A DNA stretch of 64,000 nucleotides from an uncultured cyanobacterium (GTDB lineage Bacteria > Cyanobacteriota > Cyanobacteriia > Cyanobacteriales > Nostocaceae), in assembly GCA_963740315.1 (NCBI GenBank), contig CAVUDP010000002.1:1632001-1696000 (forward strand), in the 5' to 3' direction. The notes beneath the pieces are model-generated. The model ran no database searches and was not told the DNA's origin. It was given only the letters and a program-made list of their open reading frames with translations. The position numbers and the translations under genes were made by a program. Shown piece by piece: positions 30,263-40,712 of the stretch; the first letter of the stretch is position 1; each line of letters opens with the position of its first letter.

Positions 30263-31300
30263 ATGACTTTTAAGTACAATGTATTATCAATTGATGGTGG
30301 CGGTATTCGCGGCATTATCCCGGCATTAGTTCTTAAAGAAATCGAAAGACGCACCCAAAAGCGAATTTGGCAATTGTTTGATTTAATTGCTGGAACCTCA
30401 ACTGGAGGTTTTTTAGCGATGATTTTAGCTATGCCGAATCCTGAGAATAAAACTGTTGCTCGGTATGAAATGGAAGATATCATTAATATGTATCGAGACG
30501 ATGGAAAAAATATCTTTCACGAACCGTTTTTAGAAAGCTTAACAGATGTTGATGATTTATTAAGACCAAAGTATCCTTCTGAAGGTAGAGAAAGAGTTGC
30601 CAAGAAATATTTTCAAGATACCCTTCTTAAGGATGCATTAACAAATATTTTTATCACGAGTTACGATATACAGCTACGAATACCCGTATTTTTTATCAAC
30701 AATCCTACATTCCAAAGACATTCGGGAGCTAGTTTTCGCAAGCTTTGTAACGATTACAAAATGATAGAAGCATCAATGGCAACAACTGCTGCTCCAACTT
30801 TTTTTAAACCTTCTAAATTAGAAATGCGCGGTTGCGATAATAATATCAATGATGATTACGCTTTAGTAGATGGTGCAGTTTTTGCGAATAATCCTACAGC
30901 CTTAGCAATTGTAGAAGCTATTATATACACTCAAAATAAAGGCGAACAAGTAAGTTTAGAAGATATCTTAGTCGCTTCCTTGGGTACGGGTTCTCTAACT
31001 CGAAAATTCCCTTACGAACAAGCTGCTAATTGGGGTAAACTACAGTGGATACAGCCATTAATTAATATTTTTCTTGATGGTGCCAGTGAAGTAGCAAATT
31101 ATCAGTTAAGACAGTTGCTACCCGATGCTCGAAATAACAGTAAACAGTATTATCGCTTCCAAAAAGAATTGACTGAAGCAAACGATGATTTGGATAATAC
31201 TACCGAAGAAAATATGGAATTACTCGAAAAAGCTGCACATACAATTATTCAAGAGCAAAGTAGGGAACTTGATAAATTCTGCGAGCAACTTTTAGCTTAA
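30263..31300 (+). CDS. Patatin-like phospholipase
   Basis: DGGGIRG, GTSTG nucleophile elbow, AAPTFF, DGAVFANNP, SLGTG. Confidence 0.95.
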   Translation: MTFKYNVLSIDGGGIRGIIPALVLKEIERRTQKRIWQLFDLIAGTSTGGFLAMILAMPNPENKTVARYEMEDIINMYRDDGKNIFHEPFLESLTDVDDLLRPKYPSEGRERVAKKYFQDTLLKDALTNIFITSYDIQLRIPVFFINNPTFQRHSGASFRKLCNDYKMIEASMATTAAPTFFKPSKLEMRGCDNNINDDYALVDGAVFANNPTALAIVEAIIYTQNKGEQVSLEDILVASLGTGSLTRKFPYEQAANWGKLQWIQPLINIFLDGASEVANYQLRQLLPDARNNSKQYYRFQKELTEANDDLDNTTEENMELLEKAAHTIIQEQSRELDKFCEQLLA

Positions 31301-31602
31301 GGAATTTTGTTGAATTTTCTGAAGGGGTGTTGAGAAACCCGGTTTTTTGGAAAAACCGGGTTTGTGAATTTGTTGATTATTTATAAATAAAAATGTATGT
31401 ATTCCCTATTCCCTTAATCGCTTCTAACACTCAAGACATATCTCTTTAGACTGAGATACTTTTACGAATAAATTCCTTTTGGGTGAAGGATTTTAACAAT
31501 AAACAACGTTAACCTACAGCAGATAAGTGCAGCTACTGTTCCTAACCGAGACGGTAATAAGCTTTATCTATATATACAAATTAACCTTGCCGTTGTCAGC
31601 TG

Positions 31603-32061
31603 ATGAAATTAGAAAGTGATAGCTTTTCTGCTGATGGATTAATTCCACCAGAATATACCTGCGATGGTGAAGCAATTTCCCCGTCTTTAAAATGGGACGA
31701 ACCTCCCCGTGAAACCCAGAGTCTGGCGTTAATTGTTGACGATCCAGATGCTCCTGGTAAAACTTTTGTTCACTGGGTTCTTTACGATATACCAGTGCAA
31801 ACTCGTTATATTCCCCAAGGAATTGCAGCCGACGCAATGTTAGACGGTAGCGGTATTCATGGTACAAACGACTACGAACAGTTCGGTTATGGACCTCCAT
31901 GTCCTCCCGACGGTACCCATCGTTATTACTTCAAGCTGTATGCTTTAGATATATCTTTAGGTTTAGCCGCAGGTGCGAGTAAAAAAGATGTAGAAGCAGC
32001 GATGGAAGGGCATATAGTGACTGAAGCGGAATTAATTGGACGCTACAAACGACAAAAGTAG
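31603..32061 (+). CDS. YbhB/YbcL family PEBP (Raf kinase inhibitor-like) protein
   Basis: DDPDAP...FVHWV, GYGPPCPP...HRYYFKLYALD. Confidence 0.95.
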   Translation: MKLESDSFSADGLIPPEYTCDGEAISPSLKWDEPPRETQSLALIVDDPDAPGKTFVHWVLYDIPVQTRYIPQGIAADAMLDGSGIHGTNDYEQFGYGPPCPPDGTHRYYFKLYALDISLGLAAGASKKDVEAAMEGHIVTEAELIGRYKRQK

Positions 32062-32116
32062 TTTTTAGTAGTTTTTTAAGTCTTTATTGAAGGAATAAAA
32101 GGAAAAAGGAAATATT

Positions 32117-32509
32117 ATGTCTACAGCAAAATCCTCGGATAATATACCAGACGAATACAAAAAAGATTTGAATCCCCATGAAGGTGCGGGTTTAAATCAC
32201 GGACTTGACGGTGAAAATCCGGAGAAAGCAGGTTTAAATGCTTACGATATCAAAGAACTACACGAAAAGCTCAAAGATTTTACCAACGATGAATTAAGGC
32301 AGATTGTAATCATTCCTCACGGTAGTCGCTTGGCACAGACTGCAACTTATATCGATCTTAACGATCCAAAAAGAAAAGAATTTACCGCGATGGGTGCGAT
32401 AGAAGCAGAACCCGAAAATTATTACGTTCCTAAATCAGATGTCGGTTATCAACTGTGGAATCGATTAATCGGTGTAGAAAATAGCGATCGCACTGGGGAA
32501 GGGAATTAG
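32117..32509 (+). CDS. Hypothetical protein
   Basis: 130-aa ORF with AAGGA upstream. Confidence 0.75.
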   Translation: MSTAKSSDNIPDEYKKDLNPHEGAGLNHGLDGENPEKAGLNAYDIKELHEKLKDFTNDELRQIVIIPHGSRLAQTATYIDLNDPKRKEFTAMGAIEAEPENYYVPKSDVGYQLWNRLIGVENSDRTGEGN

Positions 32510-32549
32510 GATTTTGGATTTTAGATTTTGGATTTTAGATTAAAAAACA

Positions 32550-32685
32550 GGCGTTGCTGATTTGATGTATGTTAGCGGAGCGTGACCTTTAGGTCATAAT
32601 TGATTTGTTGCATATCTGAAACCCTTGTAGAGACGTGATATATCCCGTCTCTAGATTTTAATTCATACCTGGATTCAGCAACGCC
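32550..32685. mobile_element. 136-bp MITE with terminal inverted repeats and 8-bp target-site duplication
   Basis: Left GGCGTTGCTGATTTGATGTATG, right CATACCTGGATTCAGCAACGCC; AAAAAACA on both sides (32542-32549 and 32686-32693). Confidence 0.8.
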
Positions 32686-32853
32686 AAAAAACAAGCCCCT
32701 GAATTTCAAAAAGGGGATAATTAAAATCTAAAATCCAACACATTAGCAAGCCTATTAATAAAAAACCCTATTAATCCAAAATCTAAAATCTAAAATCTAA
32801 AATCGAATGACTTTAATCTAAAATTGAAATTATAGTCATGCGAGGTGCGGTTT

Positions 32854-33639
32854 ATGCCTTCTCCTTTTCCGGGAATGAATCCTTATTTAGAAAATCCTGA
32901 ATTATGGTCGGAAGTGCATCATCGGTTGATTACAGCCATTGCTGATGCCATAGAACCACAACTTGGTATTGAATATCGAGTCGCGATCGAAAAGCGGACT
33001 TATTTAGGTGATATTGAAGATTCGGTTTTAGTGGGAATTCCAGATGTAGCTGTAACAACTAAAAAGACTTCTACTGAGAATAAAACAACAACGGCAACTT
33101 TACCAGTTCAAGCAGAATCGGTAACTGTAAAACTTCCAGTACCCGAAGAAAAGAAGGAAGCTTATTTAGAAATTCGAGAAGTAGCAACCGGGTATGTAGT
33201 CACAACGATTGAAGTTCTTTCCCCTACTAATAAACGTACCGGAAAAGGACGAGATGCTTACGAAGAAAAGCGTCGAGATGTATTGAGTAGTCCGACACAT
33301 TTGGTAGAAATTGATTTACTTCGCGCTGGGAAACCGATGCAAATTCTTAGCGAAATTCCTAAAACTGATTATCGCATCTTAGTTGCTCGTGGAAATCGTC
33401 GTCCTTTAGCAGAAGTCTTCGGGTTTAATCTTCAACAAGAAATTCCACAATTTTTACTTCCTCTCAAATCTAAAGATAACGAACCCTTGGTAGATTTACA
33501 AAATTTGTTAGCGCAAGTTTACGAACGAGCAAGATTTTATTTAGCAATCGATTATAATATTGAACCCGTACCGCAACTTCAAGATGATGATAAGGTTTGG
33601 GTTGATACTTTGTTGAAAGAAAAAGAATTGCGTAGTTAA
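32854..33639 (+). CDS. DUF4058 family protein (PD-(D/E)xK-like)
   Basis: MPSPFPGMNPYLE, IPDVAV, IEVLSPTNK, HLVEIDLLRAG. Confidence 0.92.
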   Translation: MPSPFPGMNPYLENPELWSEVHHRLITAIADAIEPQLGIEYRVAIEKRTYLGDIEDSVLVGIPDVAVTTKKTSTENKTTTATLPVQAESVTVKLPVPEEKKEAYLEIREVATGYVVTTIEVLSPTNKRTGKGRDAYEEKRRDVLSSPTHLVEIDLLRAGKPMQILSEIPKTDYRILVARGNRRPLAEVFGFNLQQEIPQFLLPLKSKDNEPLVDLQNLLAQVYERARFYLAIDYNIEPVPQLQDDDKVWVDTLLKEKELRS

Positions 33640-34493
33640 TACTTGAAATAACCAGTGTAGCAATATCCAACCTGCTCAAAATTTAAAGAACGGTAAAGTG
33701 CGATCGCTGCAATATTATCTTCATCTACCCACAGTTTCAATGCCGTATATTCTTGAAGTAATTCTTGAGTTAAAAACGCTAGCAGTTTCCGAGCAAATCC
33801 CTGTCTGCGAAACTTTGAAAAAGTAAATGGTGCTGCAATCAAAGCATAATTATTGACAGGATTGTATTTAACAACTGAAACAATTTGTCCGGAATATTCT
33901 AAAACCGCTACCTGACGCTTTTTAATTAAACTGTTCCAATCGCGATTTAGATTTCCACTACCACGCTCTGCAATGTATGCTTTTTCGTAAGCCATTAGCA
34001 TCGGTTTATCTTGCAATGTTGCCCAACGACCTTTACCATTAAGTAGCGATTGAGTACAAGTCATTACTAATTGATCGTATTCCCGTTCGAGTTGGAGATG
34101 CTCGAGGAAAAGCGGACGAATCCATTGTTTAACTTGTATTGAAGTGATTATTTTTTTGGGGAATCCGCATTTTTGAACGAGGGAAAATAGGGATTGGGTG
34201 GTAAGTTTATTGCAATCTAAAGACGTTTGAGTATTTCGAGAATTTATCATCATTGCTCCTTGAATATTCTCTGGAGTTACCCTTTGTGTTATAGATGGAT
34301 TGTAGGAAAGAGCAATTAATTCTCCAGTTTCGCAAGGGTTAATTTTACCTTGAACAACAAGATTGAGAGCGTATTCTAAATCTGGGTTTGAGTGACGATA
34401 TTGTAACCAGTAAGCAGCAGCTTGAATTTGGCGATGGGAAGGGAATGCGATAATTTTATTGCGATCGGTTTGAGAATGTATGTTATTAAGCAT
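33636..34493 (-). CDS. GNAT family N-acetyltransferase
   Basis: Motif A FRRQGFARKLL and C-terminal NIAAIALYRSLNF. Confidence 0.85.
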   Translation of the reverse strand: MLNNIHSQTDRNKIIAFPSHRQIQAAAYWLQYRHSNPDLEYALNLVVQGKINPCETGELIALSYNPSITQRVTPENIQGAMMINSRNTQTSLDCNKLTTQSLFSLVQKCGFPKKIITSIQVKQWIRPLFLEHLQLEREYDQLVMTCTQSLLNGKGRWATLQDKPMLMAYEKAYIAERGSGNLNRDWNSLIKKRQVAVLEYSGQIVSVVKYNPVNNYALIAAPFTFSKFRRQGFARKLLAFLTQELLQEYTALKLWVDEDNIAAIALYRSLNFEQVGYCYTGYFKY

Positions 34494-34513
34494 AGTAAAT
34501 GAATAACTTTTTG

Positions 34514-34576
34514 CTATTCATAGTGATACTTACAGGCGGCAATGATTATTTCTTTATCATTAATAGTATAAATTAA
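34514..34576 (-). pseudogene. C-terminal remnant of a YoeB/Txe toxin
   Basis: Hand translation LIYTINDKEIIIAACKYHYE*, matching the YoeB C-terminus pattern LVY.V.DD..LIAACRYHY; the rest of the gene is absent. Confidence 0.75.
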
Positions 34577-34791
34577 ACTTCAATATCAACTTCAACAAGA
34601 TTAGATTTATCTTTAACATTGTTGATGGCTGTTAACAAATGTTTTTTATTTGCTTCAGAAGCTAAAAGATAAGCAGTTTCATCAACTTCGTATACAACAA
34701 TCTCAATTTCTTTATCTGGGTAAGTTGCTTTCAATGCATCAATAAAATTACGGTCTAACTCATTGGTGTTTATGCGATAAATTGAATGCAT
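34573..34791 (-). CDS. YefM/Axe-like antitoxin (orphaned)
   Basis: C-terminal ETAYLLASEANKKHLLTAI motif typical of YoeB-neutralising antitoxins; adjoins the YoeB remnant. Confidence 0.7.
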   Translation of the reverse strand: MHSIYRINTNELDRNFIDALKATYPDKEIEIVVYEVDETAYLLASEANKKHLLTAINNVKDKSNLVEVDIEV

Positions 34792-35061
34792 AACTTTACT
34801 TTTTTTTGCTATTGCGTGCTTGTAAACTGATTATAATTGGTGATTAACGGTTATAGTCTGTATTCTATTCTAAGAGTTGACAGTAGCTTAAGTAGTCTTA
34901 AGATACCTTGCCTGAAGACCACAACTCACCGTATCATTACTATTAATTCATGGTGCGTTACAGTTTAAAGGCAATAAGCCACCATCATCAACACCGAATT
35001 TTTTGATCGATACCCACCCAAAGCACAATTCTTTTATAAGAAATACTGCTTATTCATCTTA

Positions 35062-35844
35062 TTAATACTGCTCCACCTCTGCCAGAGACAAACTAAGTGC
35101 TTGTGCAATCTGTTCCACACTCAATCCCATTTCTCGCAATTGCGGTATAGCATTTAATCTTGCTTGTCGTTCGGAATCAGCGCGTTGTTGTTGTGCTTCT
35201 GATGGCAATAAAACTAAATTACCGTCTGAATCGTAAAACCTCAGCCAAAAAGCATCATCATCTTCTACCGTGCCATTCCAGATTCCTAGCCATAACTCTA
35301 AGCTTTGACACCATAGCCATCCTTGGGGGTTTGAGTCAATTGGTTGATAGCCATTATCGCTATCTAGGTGCCACCCTTGTAATGAATTAACTTTAAAAGG
35401 ATGAAAAACAAAATAATCTTTAGTTTTAAATACTTGTTCGTAAAGTTGTTTTTTCTCACCAAAATCCTGGCTTTCGGTTGAGTCGGAAAGTAACTCAACA
35501 ATCATATCCGGGTAACGTCCATTTTCTTCCCACACTACCCAACCCAATCGCGTTGGATCTGGTGGTACATCTAGTGCGACAAAAAAATCTGGTCCTTTAA
35601 AATCTCTGTTCTTTGCTTGTTTGCTACTGTAATAAACAAACATATTGCCGCCAATAAAAAAGTTATTACGTTCAGCCCAATGATGTTTGAGCGAACAAAT
35701 TAACAAATTCATCAGGATGCGGTGACGATTACTTTCCAAGGGTTCTCCGTCATCAAAAATTAAATCCGTGGGTGGCATGGGGGGTTGCCAATCCAGGGAG
35801 TCGTCTGTTGAATTAGAGTATACTTCGGTAGTTTCTACTGACAT
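35062..35844 (-). CDS. Uma2 family endonuclease-fold protein
   Basis: DDGEPLESNRH, GPDFFV, PDMIVELLSDST. Confidence 0.9.
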   Translation of the reverse strand: MSVETTEVYSNSTDDSLDWQPPMPPTDLIFDDGEPLESNRHRILMNLLICSLKHHWAERNNFFIGGNMFVYYSSKQAKNRDFKGPDFFVALDVPPDPTRLGWVVWEENGRYPDMIVELLSDSTESQDFGEKKQLYEQVFKTKDYFVFHPFKVNSLQGWHLDSDNGYQPIDSNPQGWLWCQSLELWLGIWNGTVEDDDAFWLRFYDSDGNLVLLPSEAQQQRADSERQARLNAIPQLREMGLSVEQIAQALSLSLAEVEQY

Positions 35845-36161
35845 CGAGCCACACTCTTGTTTATCCGACTTTATTGTTGATTTTATTATAAAAGATTACT
35901 GCTTTACTGTGTTATTCTTCTAATTACAATATTGCCAGAAATTTTGGGTGGTGCGTGACGCTAGAATTTTGATAAATACATACAAAATTTATTAAAGCGT
36001 CACACACCCTACAACTATTTATTCGATTTCAATAATTAGTCCTATTTATAAGACTTTTGCTATTAGCTGGGGGTTTGCAACATCCAGTGGATATGAGCGC
36101 AAACGAATAAGTCAAATAATTTTTAATTTTCCTGTGCAAAATATCAAAATATAATTAATTC

Positions 36162-37103
36162 TTAAACAGCCTTCAAACCTTCTGCTCTAAGAATAATTTT
36201 ACCGTTTTGACGAACTATTAAAGTTGAACCGCTCGAATCATTACCATCTTCAGTAATCGCACTTTCTATCGCGTAACCATATTCCCTATTTTTCCAACCA
36301 GTTACACATTTACCATTCCGACAAGAGACTTTACCACCTGTAAGTTCGATACATTTACCTTTAGAATCGCATCCATAATATTTGACGTTTCCGGTATTAT
36401 TTACTCCATTCCAAGAATCGTAATTGCTAAGTTTGATAGTCCATTCACCGTTGCTCAGAGTTTGAGTATCCCCAGAAGATTTTTCTGTTTTAGAATCACC
36501 AACTACTTCCATTTTCACAATTGCAGATTCTTTTTTAGTCTTTCCACAAGGTTCGTTACTTTGACAGTCGTTGAAATTTAATATGTCGTAGCTAAGTTTA
36601 ACTTTTTTATTTAAAAATTGTTTTTCTTGAGTACAGATTTCAAAAGAAGCACTAAGCCCTTGCTCTTTACCTTGTTCGTCTATTAAAGTTACGTAGCACT
36701 TTAGATCGCCTTGAACTATCTCTTTAATAGTCGCAACTTTTGGCTGTCCTTCTCCTGCTTTGATGGTGCTAATATTCTTAACTGGAGCTTTTTTTATCGG
36801 TTTAGAATCTTCTTTATCGTTATTTGAAGAGGAATTATTTGTTTTATCACCCGAAACTGAAACTACTTCGGAATTATTTGTTTCATTATCCGTTGAGGAA
36901 ACTACTTCAGAATTATCTATTTTATCTTCCGTTGAGGAAACTACTTCAGAATTATCTATTTTATCTTCCGTTGCTGAAACTACTTCAGAATTATCTGGTT
37001 GAACTTGATTACTGGTGTCAGAATTACCTGTTTCGACGTTATTACAACCAACCATCAATAAAGAAGTAATTAACAATGCAGTGGTGAAGATAGACTTTTT
37101 CAT
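36162..37103 (-). CDS. Lipoprotein with a 13-aa tandem repeat linker
   Basis: Lipobox LMVGC; (DN)SEVVSSTEDKI-like unit about 4 times (39-bp repeats, ~36855-36995); Cys-rich C-terminal domains. Confidence 0.8.
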   Translation of the reverse strand: MKKSIFTTALLITSLLMVGCNNVETGNSDTSNQVQPDNSEVVSATEDKIDNSEVVSSTEDKIDNSEVVSSTDNETNNSEVVSVSGDKTNNSSSNNDKEDSKPIKKAPVKNISTIKAGEGQPKVATIKEIVQGDLKCYVTLIDEQGKEQGLSASFEICTQEKQFLNKKVKLSYDILNFNDCQSNEPCGKTKKESAIVKMEVVGDSKTEKSSGDTQTLSNGEWTIKLSNYDSWNGVNNTGNVKYYGCDSKGKCIELTGGKVSCRNGKCVTGWKNREYGYAIESAITEDGNDSSGSTLIVRQNGKIILRAEGLKAV

Positions 37104-37253
37104 AATATTTAAACCGCTATAAAATATGAGCTTTAACTGTAGACAATTTTGAATACAAGCTAAAGTCTGTATATTCCGAAAATTCGCTTTGTCTAATTTA
37201 TTTCACATTGTTTGAGACGTAGCACTGCGGATCTCTCTACAAGCTGTTAATTT

Positions 37254-37847
37254 TTACAATCCATAAACCCGATTCCCGTCTCCCGGTAAAATAGTCAAAG
37301 ACCTGGGGTTTATACGGTGTCCGACTGTAACTTCGGTTTCTCCATCCCAAACTTCAATCGAAAGCACTTTATTGCCGGAACCATCGTAATCAAAGTACTG
37401 ACAACGGGAAGCTGTACGTCTTTGTACGGTACCTTCACGAGTCATGCTTGCTACTCCGGAGTCAACGCATTTATAATTTTCATCCGCAAAATTTAATTGT
37501 CGCGGTGGTGGTGTTTGGCTGACATCTAATCGATCGCTAGCTTCGAGTAATGCAACTTCTACGGTGTCGTCTTCATCTACGCTCAACCATCGAATTTCAT
37601 CATCATCTTGCAGCATATATTCACACCAGAAATACTCATCAACTGTATAGGTAAGCTTTCCTTCCACTACCCAGTCAATACCCATATGTTGCACAATATC
37701 GCCGATTTGCAAATTAAATACATTGCGTTTGAGCGACGGTAATTCTTTTGGTTTGCTACCAGGTAATGTACCTCGCTGCTGAAGCACTAATAAATAAGCT
37801 CCACCAGCGACTATTACAATAACTCCCAGCCAGATTAGTAGTGTCAT
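37254..37847 (-). CDS. DUF4178 domain protein with N-terminal TM helix
   Basis: LQIGDIV...W.VEG...W.EYML...RWLSVDEDD...LSIEVWDGE. Confidence 0.85.
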   Translation of the reverse strand: MTLLIWLGVIVIVAGGAYLLVLQQRGTLPGSKPKELPSLKRNVFNLQIGDIVQHMGIDWVVEGKLTYTVDEYFWCEYMLQDDDEIRWLSVDEDDTVEVALLEASDRLDVSQTPPPRQLNFADENYKCVDSGVASMTREGTVQRRTASRCQYFDYDGSGNKVLSIEVWDGETEVTVGHRINPRSLTILPGDGNRVYGL

Positions 37848-37944
37848 AATGTTTTTCTTTTAATTTTTTATAGAAAGAGATAATGTCATGTTCGGTAAAA
37901 CACTTATCATATCTGTAAGGGCTGGGTAATGGGTAATAGGTAAT

Positions 37945-38532
37945 GGGTAATGGGTAATAAAAATAAATAATTCTTAACTCTACTGTTTAATTTTGACTGG
38001 TTTGTTTTTCTGTTAAATTCTGGGAGACGGGTAATAGGCAATAAAAATAAATGATTCTTAACTCTACTGTTTAATTTTGACTGGTTTGTTTTTCTGTTAA
38101 ATTTTGGGAGACGGGTAATAGGCAATAAAAATAAATGATTCTTAACTCTACTGTTTAATTTTGACTGGTTTGTTTTTCTGTTAAATTTTGGGAGACGGGT
38201 AATAGGTAATAAAAATAAATAATTCTTAACTGTACTGTTTAATTTTGACTGGTTTGTTTTTCTGTTAAATTCTGGGAGACGGGTAATAGGCAATAAAAAT
38301 AAATGATTCTTAACTCTACTGTTTAATTTTGACTGGTTTGTTTTTCTGTTAAATTCTGGGAGACGGGTAATAGGCAATAAAAATAAATAATTCTTAACTG
38401 TACTGTTTAATTTTGACTGGTTTGTTTTTCTGTTAAATTCTGGGAGACGGGTAATAGGCAATAAAAATAAATGATTCTTAACTCTACTGTTTAATTTTGA
38501 CTGGTTTGTTTTTCTGTTAAATTCTGGGAGAC
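37945..38532. repeat. Tandem repeat, about 7 x 84 bp, ending in a hairpin
   Basis: GGGAGACG at 38022, 38106, 38190, 38274, 38358, 38442 and 38526; the last copy runs into the GAGACGTTATATATAACGTCTC palindrome. Confidence 0.95.
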
Positions 38533-38566
38533 GTTATATATAACGTCTCTACAATCCGATCGCATC

Positions 38567-39769
38567 TTACTTCATGGCAAAGTTAGCAGGATCTTGATCG
38601 CGTCTATGCCTGGTGGGAAGTGGCTCTGGCTGTCTGTCACCGGCGAGGGCTGCGGTTTTTTCTAGGGATTCCCTCAATCGCTTGGCTGCGTATATGGACA
38701 TATCTCTGGGTACATTAATGCGATCGCGCAAATATCGTAGAGCGACATCGGAACCCGGTGGAGGTACGCATTCTTCCCCAGTCATCATGTTTGTTAAAGC
38801 ACTACGTAGCGCTTCGTCGAACAATCGATCGTTCGCGGGGTTGACTCGGATAATATTGGTACGGTGTTCGATCATATTTTGAAGGGCTTCTTTGCAAGAG
38901 TTTTCGGGTTCTGGATAAGTAACATCCGGTAGCCCAAACCAAGAGCCATTATTTACTCGCGCTTTATTAATCTGCATCTGAGGAGAGCCGTTTTCCCAAC
39001 AGCCCCCCATCTGAGGCGGTAGATCGTGTACGTGGGTGTGAAAGTCGCTCTGGGTACCGCGATAAGTCGGTCGGGTTTCCATTGCTGCAAACCATGCCTT
39101 GAAGCGAGAATTTTCCTCCCGTAGAGAATAACCTTTGTAGTAGTAAAGGCTGGCGTTCATCCGTTCGACATAGGGCGTAAAGATGACATCAACGATGCCG
39201 AAGCGATCTAAAAAGTAAGGTCCTGGAGTGCTACCCAAAGCCTGCTCTACTTTAGCCACCACTCGGATAAATTGTTCTCGATTGCCTTGTTCTTCTTGAG
39301 GAGAAGCCCTGTAGCACAACCAAGCACACCAGGCTCTAAATAAAAGTCGTTCTAATTGACGTAGAGGAAGCACCGCAGGATCTTCCATCCCTTGGTTTAA
39401 TACACCAAAAACTTTTTCCAAAGCAATCAAAATGTCATCGCTTTCCTTAATAATCCGCCCATCTAATTCGATCGCGGGAAGCATTCCCGATGGTACTTTA
39501 CGTTTGTACCAACTTTCTTTCTCCCCATAGCAGAACATTGTTACTTTTTCGATGCGGTAGGGGATCTGTTTTTCCTCTAACCATAGCCAGATTTTTTGAC
39601 AGTAAGGACACCAAGCGTGATTATCGCGGTAAAGCGTTACCCGCACATCAGATTCGGGATGCCCAAATAAGCGTAATCTAGCTTTAGCGTTGGTGGAACC
39701 ATTCACGGGATCTATTTGATAGTCCGTGAGAGATTCTAATTCTTGCCAGCTAAGGGGTGTGGTAGTCAT
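38567..39769 (-). CDS. Glutathione S-transferase family protein
   Basis: [20 protein letters not shown]; likely start ATG 39769. Confidence 0.9.
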   Translation of the reverse strand: MTTTPLSWQELESLTDYQIDPVNGSTNAKARLRLFGHPESDVRVTLYRDNHAWCPYCQKIWLWLEEKQIPYRIEKVTMFCYGEKESWYKRKVPSGMLPAIELDGRIIKESDDILIALEKVFGVLNQGMEDPAVLPLRQLERLLFRAWCAWLCYRASPQEEQGNREQFIRVVAKVEQALGSTPGPYFLDRFGIVDVIFTPYVERMNASLYYYKGYSLREENSRFKAWFAAMETRPTYRGTQSDFHTHVHDLPPQMGGCWENGSPQMQINKARVNNGSWFGLPDVTYPEPENSCKEALQNMIEHRTNIIRVNPANDRLFDEALRSALTNMMTGEECVPPPGSDVALRYLRDRINVPRDMSIYAAKRLRESLEKTAALAGDRQPEPLPTRHRRDQDPANFAMK

Positions 39770-39942
39770 ATAATTTGCGTGGGGCAATGCTTAGGACTTT
39801 TCTTGACTCTACAATATTTTTAATTACAGTAAGTCGGTTGGTTTTGAAAATCGTAATTAGGATAAGGGAGTAGGGAGTAAGGAGTAGGGAGTAGGGAGTA
39901 GGGAGTAGGGAGTAGGGAACTAATAAACGGTAAGAGGTAAAA

Positions 39943-40569
39943 ATGACTCAAACGCTACCTAAAGTACTAACAGAAGCACTAATAACATTTGAAGAATTCG
40001 CGAACTTAGACACGGGGGACAAAAGATATGAGTTACATTCGGGGGTACTTGTAGAAATGGCTCAACCAATTGGGGAACATGAAAACGTTACAGGGTTTTT
40101 TATCAGAAAATTATCAGCCAGATTTGAAAACTTTGATTTACCTTACTTTATTGCCCCAAAAGTTTTAGTAAAACCTGACGGTAAAGATTCTGGCTTTTTT
40201 CCCGATGTGTTAGTAATAGATAAACGTAATTTAGCCAACGAGCCATTATATAGAAATGTTTCTACCGTCTCTCAAAGTGCAACAATTCCTTTAGTAATAG
40301 AAGTGGTAAGCACGAACTGGTCAGACGATTACGCCTTGAAATTTGACGAATACAGCGATATTGGCATACCCGAATACTGGATTGTGGATTATTTGGGAAT
40401 AGGTGGTAAAGAATTTATTGGTAGCCCAAAAGAACCAACTTTTACAATTTGCGAACTAGTAAATGGTCAATATGTTAGAACACCATTAAAAAGTGGAACT
40501 ATTCAATCTAAAGCATTCCCTGAGTTAAATTTAACTGTGGAGCAAATTTTCAATGCAGCTGCATTTTAG
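39943..40569 (+). CDS. Uma2 family endonuclease-fold protein
   Basis: RYELHSG, PDVLV, LVIEVVSTNW, GIPEYWIVD. Confidence 0.9.
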   Translation: MTQTLPKVLTEALITFEEFANLDTGDKRYELHSGVLVEMAQPIGEHENVTGFFIRKLSARFENFDLPYFIAPKVLVKPDGKDSGFFPDVLVIDKRNLANEPLYRNVSTVSQSATIPLVIEVVSTNWSDDYALKFDEYSDIGIPEYWIVDYLGIGGKEFIGSPKEPTFTICELVNGQYVRTPLKSGTIQSKAFPELNLTVEQIFNAAAF

Positions 40570-40712
40570 AGCGAACAGTAAACAGTGAACAGTGAACAGT
40601 GAACAGTGAACAGTGAACAGTGAACAAGATTTATAACTCCCAATTCTTAACTCCCAATTCTTAACTCCTAACTCCTAACTCCTCACTCGTAACTACTCCC
40701 TAGTCCCTTCAA

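Noticed and set aside
30263..31300. Patatin as a CBASS CapV effector
   Set aside because: No CD-NTase or Cap2/Cap3 gene nearby; the neighbours are pdhC and a PEBP gene
37907..38461. 184-aa ORF of 28-aa repeats
   Set aside because: It is the read-through of the 84-bp tandem DNA repeat (a multiple of 3) with a TTG start; nothing supports translation
1721..40569. Three Uma2 genes plus DUF4058 as a restriction or defence cluster
   Set aside because: They are scattered, and these families are routinely expanded in filamentous cyanobacteria
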